Source: Octopus bimaculoides
Taxonomy: Eukaryota
DNA: 42,564 nt
Assembly: GCF_001194135.2 (NCBI RefSeq)
Contig: NC_069000.1
Coordinates: 16,348,738-16,391,301 of the forward strand
Reading direction: 5' to 3'
Part shown: one piece after another, positions 37,355 to 42,564 of the stretch
Position numbering within the stretch: position 1 is the first letter of the stretch
How the letters are laid out: each line of letters opens with the position of its first letter
Notes under the pieces: generated by a model
Seen by the model: only the letters and a program-made list of their open reading frames with translations
What the model was told of the DNA's origin: nothing
Databases searched by the model: none
Program-made: the position numbers and the translations under genes

Positions 37355-37520
37355 TCAATTTTTTTTCTCTGTGTTTTTCTCCTTGTCTCCGTATTCTTTC
37401 TGTTGAAGAGCGTAGCTCGAAACGTCAAAGACTTTCCGTATTCCCGAGCGTCATACTAATATATACTTTTGTTATTTACACCACCTGTCCTCGTCTGTTG
37501 TTATTATTTGTATATTCTCC
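37355..37520 (+). mobile_element. 166-bp element with a minimal hammerhead-like motif, flanked by 19-bp direct repeats
   Basis: CATATATTAATGCATACAT at 37336-37354 and 37521-37539; internal TCTTT-CTGTTGA-A-GAGC(GTA)GCTC-GAAAC-GTC-AAAGA at 37395-37431. Confidence 0.7.
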
Positions 37521-37908
37521 CATATATTAATGCATACATACACAACAAAGATAACAATGGTTTCCAGAAGAAATATACATCATACCTATTCTTCTGATAC
37601 AAGAATTATAATTTGATTAGGAAAGATCAAAATGTTCATTCTTCTTTTTTTCAAAAAGAAACAGGAGCACATATTCATATGTTACAATTGTTAATTTAGG
37701 TGACTTTCCTTCATCAGGGTTATGCAAAATGTACTACCAATAACAGAGTACTTCCCTACATTTTGTTGTGTGAGGAATTACATTGATGAAATCTTTCCAG
37801 AAATGAACTGATAATGAGTTCCTGGTGATTGGTACTTATGATGCCAAATCTGACATCTTGATTTTTCATAAGAGATTAACTGAAGTTAGTAGACCACAAC
37901 CCAGAGCT

Positions 37909-38098
37909 GTTGTTGTTGTTGGCACTCCATCACTTACGACGTCGAGGGTTCCAGTTGATCCAATCAACGGAACAGCCTGCTCGTGAAATTAACATGCAAG
38001 TGGCTGAGCACTCCACAGATACGTGTACCCTTAACGTAGTTCTCGGGGATATTCAGCATGACACAGTGTGACAAGGCTGAGCCTTTGAATTACAGGCA
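37909..38098 (-). mobile_element. 5'-truncated retroposon with (CAA)n tail and 14-bp TSD
   Basis: CACAACCCAGAGCT at 37895-37908 and 38099-38112; (GTT)n at 37909-37920. Confidence 0.8.
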
Positions 38099-38423
38099 CA
38101 CAACCCAGAGCTAACAATAAAGTAAAAGAAACAATCACATTTAGATGTGATAACATCAATACAGATTCTCTTAAGAGCTCAAAGTTTAAGTATTCAGCAG
38201 AGTCAAAATTGCTAAGATGTTGAAGGCTGTTAGTGAAAGCTTTTGTTGCAATTTCAAACAATTATTGAAACTATTTAAGGCTTCTTTCCTTGATTCCAGG
38301 AATTTTAAATTGCCTTGTTTGTGTATGTATATAATGTATGTGTGTGTATGCTTGCTGTATGTGGTTGTATGTATGTGTGACTGAGTGAAAAATATAAAGA
38401 AATGAAGACAAAGCAAACCTTAC

Positions 38424-38744
38424 CTTTATTCCAAACAGAACTTGGTTTATAATGCCTAATCGTTTGTCTTTTACCTCCATCTGAGTCAAGGTGTATCTCC
38501 CCACAATTCTCGTAATGTACAGGTTAACAGGAGTTAAAACAATGAGTAGAGAGACTCCAGCAAACACAGATGGTCCAAGAATATTGTACAGAAAGAGTAA
38601 TGCAACAATTATCTCTAATGGAGCTGACCACATCACCCAGAACATCCTCAGTGCTGTATTAATTCGTTCACAATCAACTGACATCATGTTCACTATCTCT
38701 CCAGTAGTGAACTGGTTTCTTGCTCGACTGCTTATCGTTAAAGC
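38424..38744 (-). CDS. ABCC1: ABCC1-like exon (ALTISSRARNQFTTGEIVNMMSVD..VLFGIK)
   Basis: AG/GT boundaries, 321 bp. Confidence 0.95.
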
Positions 38745-39908
38745 CTGAATTAGTAAAATAATTAAACACCAATATATTCTTTAATGTTCTAATATATTTG
38801 ATTGTCAATAAATTTTCAGTGAATTATATTGAATAATTAAAGCATATTAATAAATATTCGGTGACATTTTCTGCCATTGAATTATACTTGTCAATAAATC
38901 ATAACAAAATAGAGATTTCAAATTTTGGCACTAGGCCAGCAATTTCAATTACATCAACCCCGGTGTTGAACTGATACTTATTTTATCAATCCCAAAAGGA
39001 TGAAAGGCAAAGTCAATCTCAGCAGAATTTGAACTCAGAGCATTGAAGATGGACAAAATGCTGTCAAGCATTTTGCCCAGTGTGCTAACAATTCTGTCAG
39101 CTCACTAACTTAAATCATAACAAAATATTAGTGAATAAGTTGTTAACTATCAATGTTATCCTTGCATATATTTATAGGGATTCCTTACTCCAAACCAGCT
39201 CCTCTTTTTCTCCATTACACATTTACACATATACACATCTACATACAAACACATGCTAAAACATTTGAGAGATTATTTACAGGTGTTTCCCACAGTTGCC
39301 ATGTGAACCAAAACTGCAGCTTGACCATAAGAATAAGTGTAATAATATAAAATTTATGTGAGCAATGTAATAGCAATGAAGTTGCAATGACAATGAAAAT
39401 GTTTTCTGACTAAGTCACCAAAATTATGGTAATAACTTGAGATGCAATCTATTATTTTCATTACATTTGTATGAAAAGAGACAAAACTGGTTTGTATTGA
39501 ATTGAATCGTATTAAAGCAGTATGCTTTAAGTAAATTGAAATGACCATCAATGACTTTAAGATTATGAGCTGGACTACTGACTGACAGGTTATGTGGTTG
39601 TAACTTCAAATTTAAATACAGCCAATGTTCTGTGCCCATGAGCTAACCACACAAAAATCTGAATGCAAGTTGGTGAAACAAACAAAATTGTCAAAAATCT
39701 TCCTAGAAAAGTACAGATTTCTAAGAAAATATCTGATTAATAACGGGAAAATGGATGCAAAAGTAATAAAGAATTTTAAGGTTCAACCACACGGTTCTGG
39801 GTTCAGTTCCACTGCGTGGCACCTTGGGCAAGTGTCTTCTACTATAGCCTCGGGCCGACCAAAGACTTGTGAGTGGATTTGGTAGACGGAAACTGAAAGA
39901 AGCCTGTC

Positions 39909-39950
<42 letters not shown>

Positions 39951-40518
39951 ATGTATATGTTTGTGTGTCTGTGTNNNNNNNNNNNNNNNNNNNNNNNNNN
40001 NNNNNNNNNNNNNNNNNNNNNNNNNNNNNNNNNNNNNNNNNNNNNNNNNNNNNNNNNNNNNNNNNNNNNNNNNNNNNNNNNNNNNNNNNNNNNNNNNNNN
40101 NNNNNNNNNNNNNNNNNNNNNNNNNNNNNNNNNNNNNNNNNNNNNNNNNNNNNNNNNNNNNNNNNNNNNNNNNNNNNNNNNNNNNNNNNNNNNNNNNNNN
40201 NNNNNNNNNNNNNNNNNNNNNNNNNNNNNNNNNNNNNNNNNNNNNNNNNNNNNNNNNNNNNNNNNNNNNNNNNNNNNNNNNNNNNNNNNNNNNNNNNNNN
40301 NNNNNNNNNNNNNNNNNNNNNNNNNNNNNNNNNNNNNNNNNNNNNNNNNNNNNNNNNNNNNNNNNNNNNNNNNNNNNNNNNNNNNNNNNNNNNNNNNNNN
40401 NNNNNNNNNNNNNNNNNNNNNNNNNNNNNNNNNNNNNNNNNNNNNNNNNNNNNNNNNNNNNNNNNNNNNNNNNNNGGAATTAAACAACAAAATAAAAATA
40501 GTAAGAGGAACAACGAAC

Positions 40519-40693
40519 CTTCTTGTAGACTGCACACATTAAAGCAGCTCTCATTCGTAAGCAAGCCTCTATGTTGTAGCGAGCGAAAAGAGTTTCCGCA
40601 ACTGAAACGATCACATCAACCACCAAAAGGCCAAGTGCATAGATGTAACCCTTCCATGCTATTTCATCAGTGTTACTATAATCAATCAGTTTA
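40519..40693 (-). CDS. ABCC1: ABCC1-like exon (KLIDYSNTDEIAWKGYIYA..RAALMCAVYKK)
   Basis: AG/GT boundaries, 175 bp. Confidence 0.93.
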
Positions 40694-40914
40694 CTGTAAT
40701 TGAAAAACATATACATTTGTTAGACATATAAAAATGAACTGTGTGGTAACTAAAAAAAAAAAAAACAAGAAAAGCAAAAAGAAACTATTTTGCTTCAGAA
40801 ATAATAAAGCATCTGCATAGAATTATAATTTATAGGGAAAAAAAAGAGTAAGACAGTATATATACATATATATATATATATGTGTATATATATACACACA
40901 CACACACATACACA

Positions 40915-41134
40915 CACGGTAGGGTGCTGAAAAGTTCCTGGTTTGGGATAAAAGAAAATACAGGAGAATCAGTTAATTGATTTTGTTCAACATATTCCCC
41001 CCTCTTAGATCCACACACTTATTGCAGTGCTCCTTCAGCTTTTCTAAGCCCTGTAAAAGAACTTGGAAGATTGGGCTTTTAACCAGGCCTTATGTGATAC
41101 CATTAGGCCAAGAATTTTTCAACACCCATTGTGT
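40915..41134. mobile_element. Mariner-type MITE, degenerate
   Basis: GGGTGCTGAAAAGTTCCTGG versus reverse complement GGGTGTTGAAAAATTCTTGG (17/20); outer ends eroded. Confidence 0.6.
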
Positions 41135-41139
41135 GCATG

Positions 41140-41184
<45 letters not shown>

Positions 41185-42163
41185 TATGTACTCTAATTCA
41201 TATATATTATATTATATTATATTATATTATATTAATTATTCACCCACACCTCCTTTGAGTCCATTCAAGTCAAATTGCTCCTTTTTGATCTGCAATGTTA
41301 GTAAATGGTAAAATGCCGTTGAAGTTGGGGGTGTGAGGTTCTGTTTTCACCCACTTCAAATAAATATTCTCAGAATTTTTCTTTTTGTATCTTTTTATTG
41401 TACAAGTTCTGTTTGTGTTTAGATTTGTGTGTGTGTTTGAGAATTATTGTGGAACATGTTTATTCTACACTACTTCTCCCACCATTGTAACAATCAACTC
41501 TTCTTGCAACTTCTCAGGCTGTCAAATTGTAATGTATATTATTACGACACAAGGTTATTTGTCAGTAATGTGTAAAATGATTAAAACAGTTTTTCCTCAA
41601 ACCCATGTAATAGATTACAAGTCCAAATGTTTTGAGGCCCTTTGGTGGTAAAAAAAAAGAACAAGAAAACAAAAAAACAAAAACAAACTGTAATCTTAGA
41701 AAATGAAAAATATCTTCTTAATGGAACAAACTGAAATATGACCATGTCCTACAAACAGCATGTAAAATGGTAATAATGTTGAAGTTTTACATGAAATTAA
41801 TTATGAAAAACAAATAAAGAAAACAACTATAGAAAGTGAAAAATGAGATGTCTCAGTAGGAAAGAGGCATTCATGGCCAACATAGGAACTCCACCAATTC
41901 AAGATTACCTTGACTATTTCAGCTGGTTATCACCTTAATCCTATCACACTCTGTTCCTGGTATAGCAGGAAGAGCCTAATTAAAGTGATAATGAATGAAA
42001 CATGCAGAAAAAGAAGATAAAATACTAAAAATAAGCAAACAATCACATTAGCTTTTTATGTTCAAACTAGTCAAATCTGGCTGATCGTTGGAAACAATAT
42101 GAATGGAATAAGCATTACATTTGACAGAGTGATCTGAATGTTGAAGGGTTTTCTCATACTTAC

Positions 42164-42394
42164 CGTAAAATCATTGGATTTACAAACATCAAAACAGAAC
42201 TGCAAAACTTGAATAAATATCCCAGTATTAATGTGCCACCAAAAGATCGAAAAAGAATCCAAATAATGGAGATATTGATCTGTTGCTTAGATTCAATTAG
42301 ACTAACTTCTTGAGATTCTGATCGTGTGGTGAGGAGAGGTGTTTTTTCTGATGGCTCTGTTTCATGGGTAGCTTTGTAAGCTCTTTCAAGTTTT
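42164..42394 (-). CDS. ABCC1: ABCC1-like exon, end of L0 linker and TM6 (KLERAYKA..LFKFCSSVLMFVNPMIL)
   Basis: gaacag acceptor, gtaagt donor, 231 bp. Confidence 0.88.
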
Positions 42395-42485
42395 CTGTTC
42401 GTAATAGAGAAGGGTATCAAAATAATCTATATAGTACATATATATGTATGTGTGTGTATATATATAGATATCTGTGGAGAGAGAG

Positions 42486-42523
<38 letters not shown>

Positions 42524-42564
42524 TGTGTGTGTGTGTCTGTGTGTGTGTGTCTGTGTGTGTGTGT

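Overview
AT-rich, microsatellite- and SINE-dense eukaryotic DNA with five N-gaps; the repeat families look like those of an octopus/coleoid cephalopod (inferred from recalled repeats, not searched). Most of the window is the 3' part of a minus-strand ABCC1/MRP1-like transporter gene. I traced 23 coding exons from 42394 down to the stop at 6493; they splice into one open frame of 1238 codons, and the 5' exons lie beyond the window. One donor may be a GC. Downstream on the same strand is a MORN2-like gene with an intronless CDS (1097-1561). Intergenic DNA and introns hold a CRE-like retroelement relic, a Penelope-like GIY-YIG fragment ending in a hammerhead ribozyme fold, further hammerhead-like motifs (one in a 166-bp element between 19-bp direct repeats), a DD37D (maT) relic, hAT, piggyBac and mariner-type MITEs, tRNA-derived SINEs, and long near-perfect palindromes. 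Most supplied ORFs are microsatellite or gap artefacts. Human exon sizes and residue numbers are quoted from memory and need checking.
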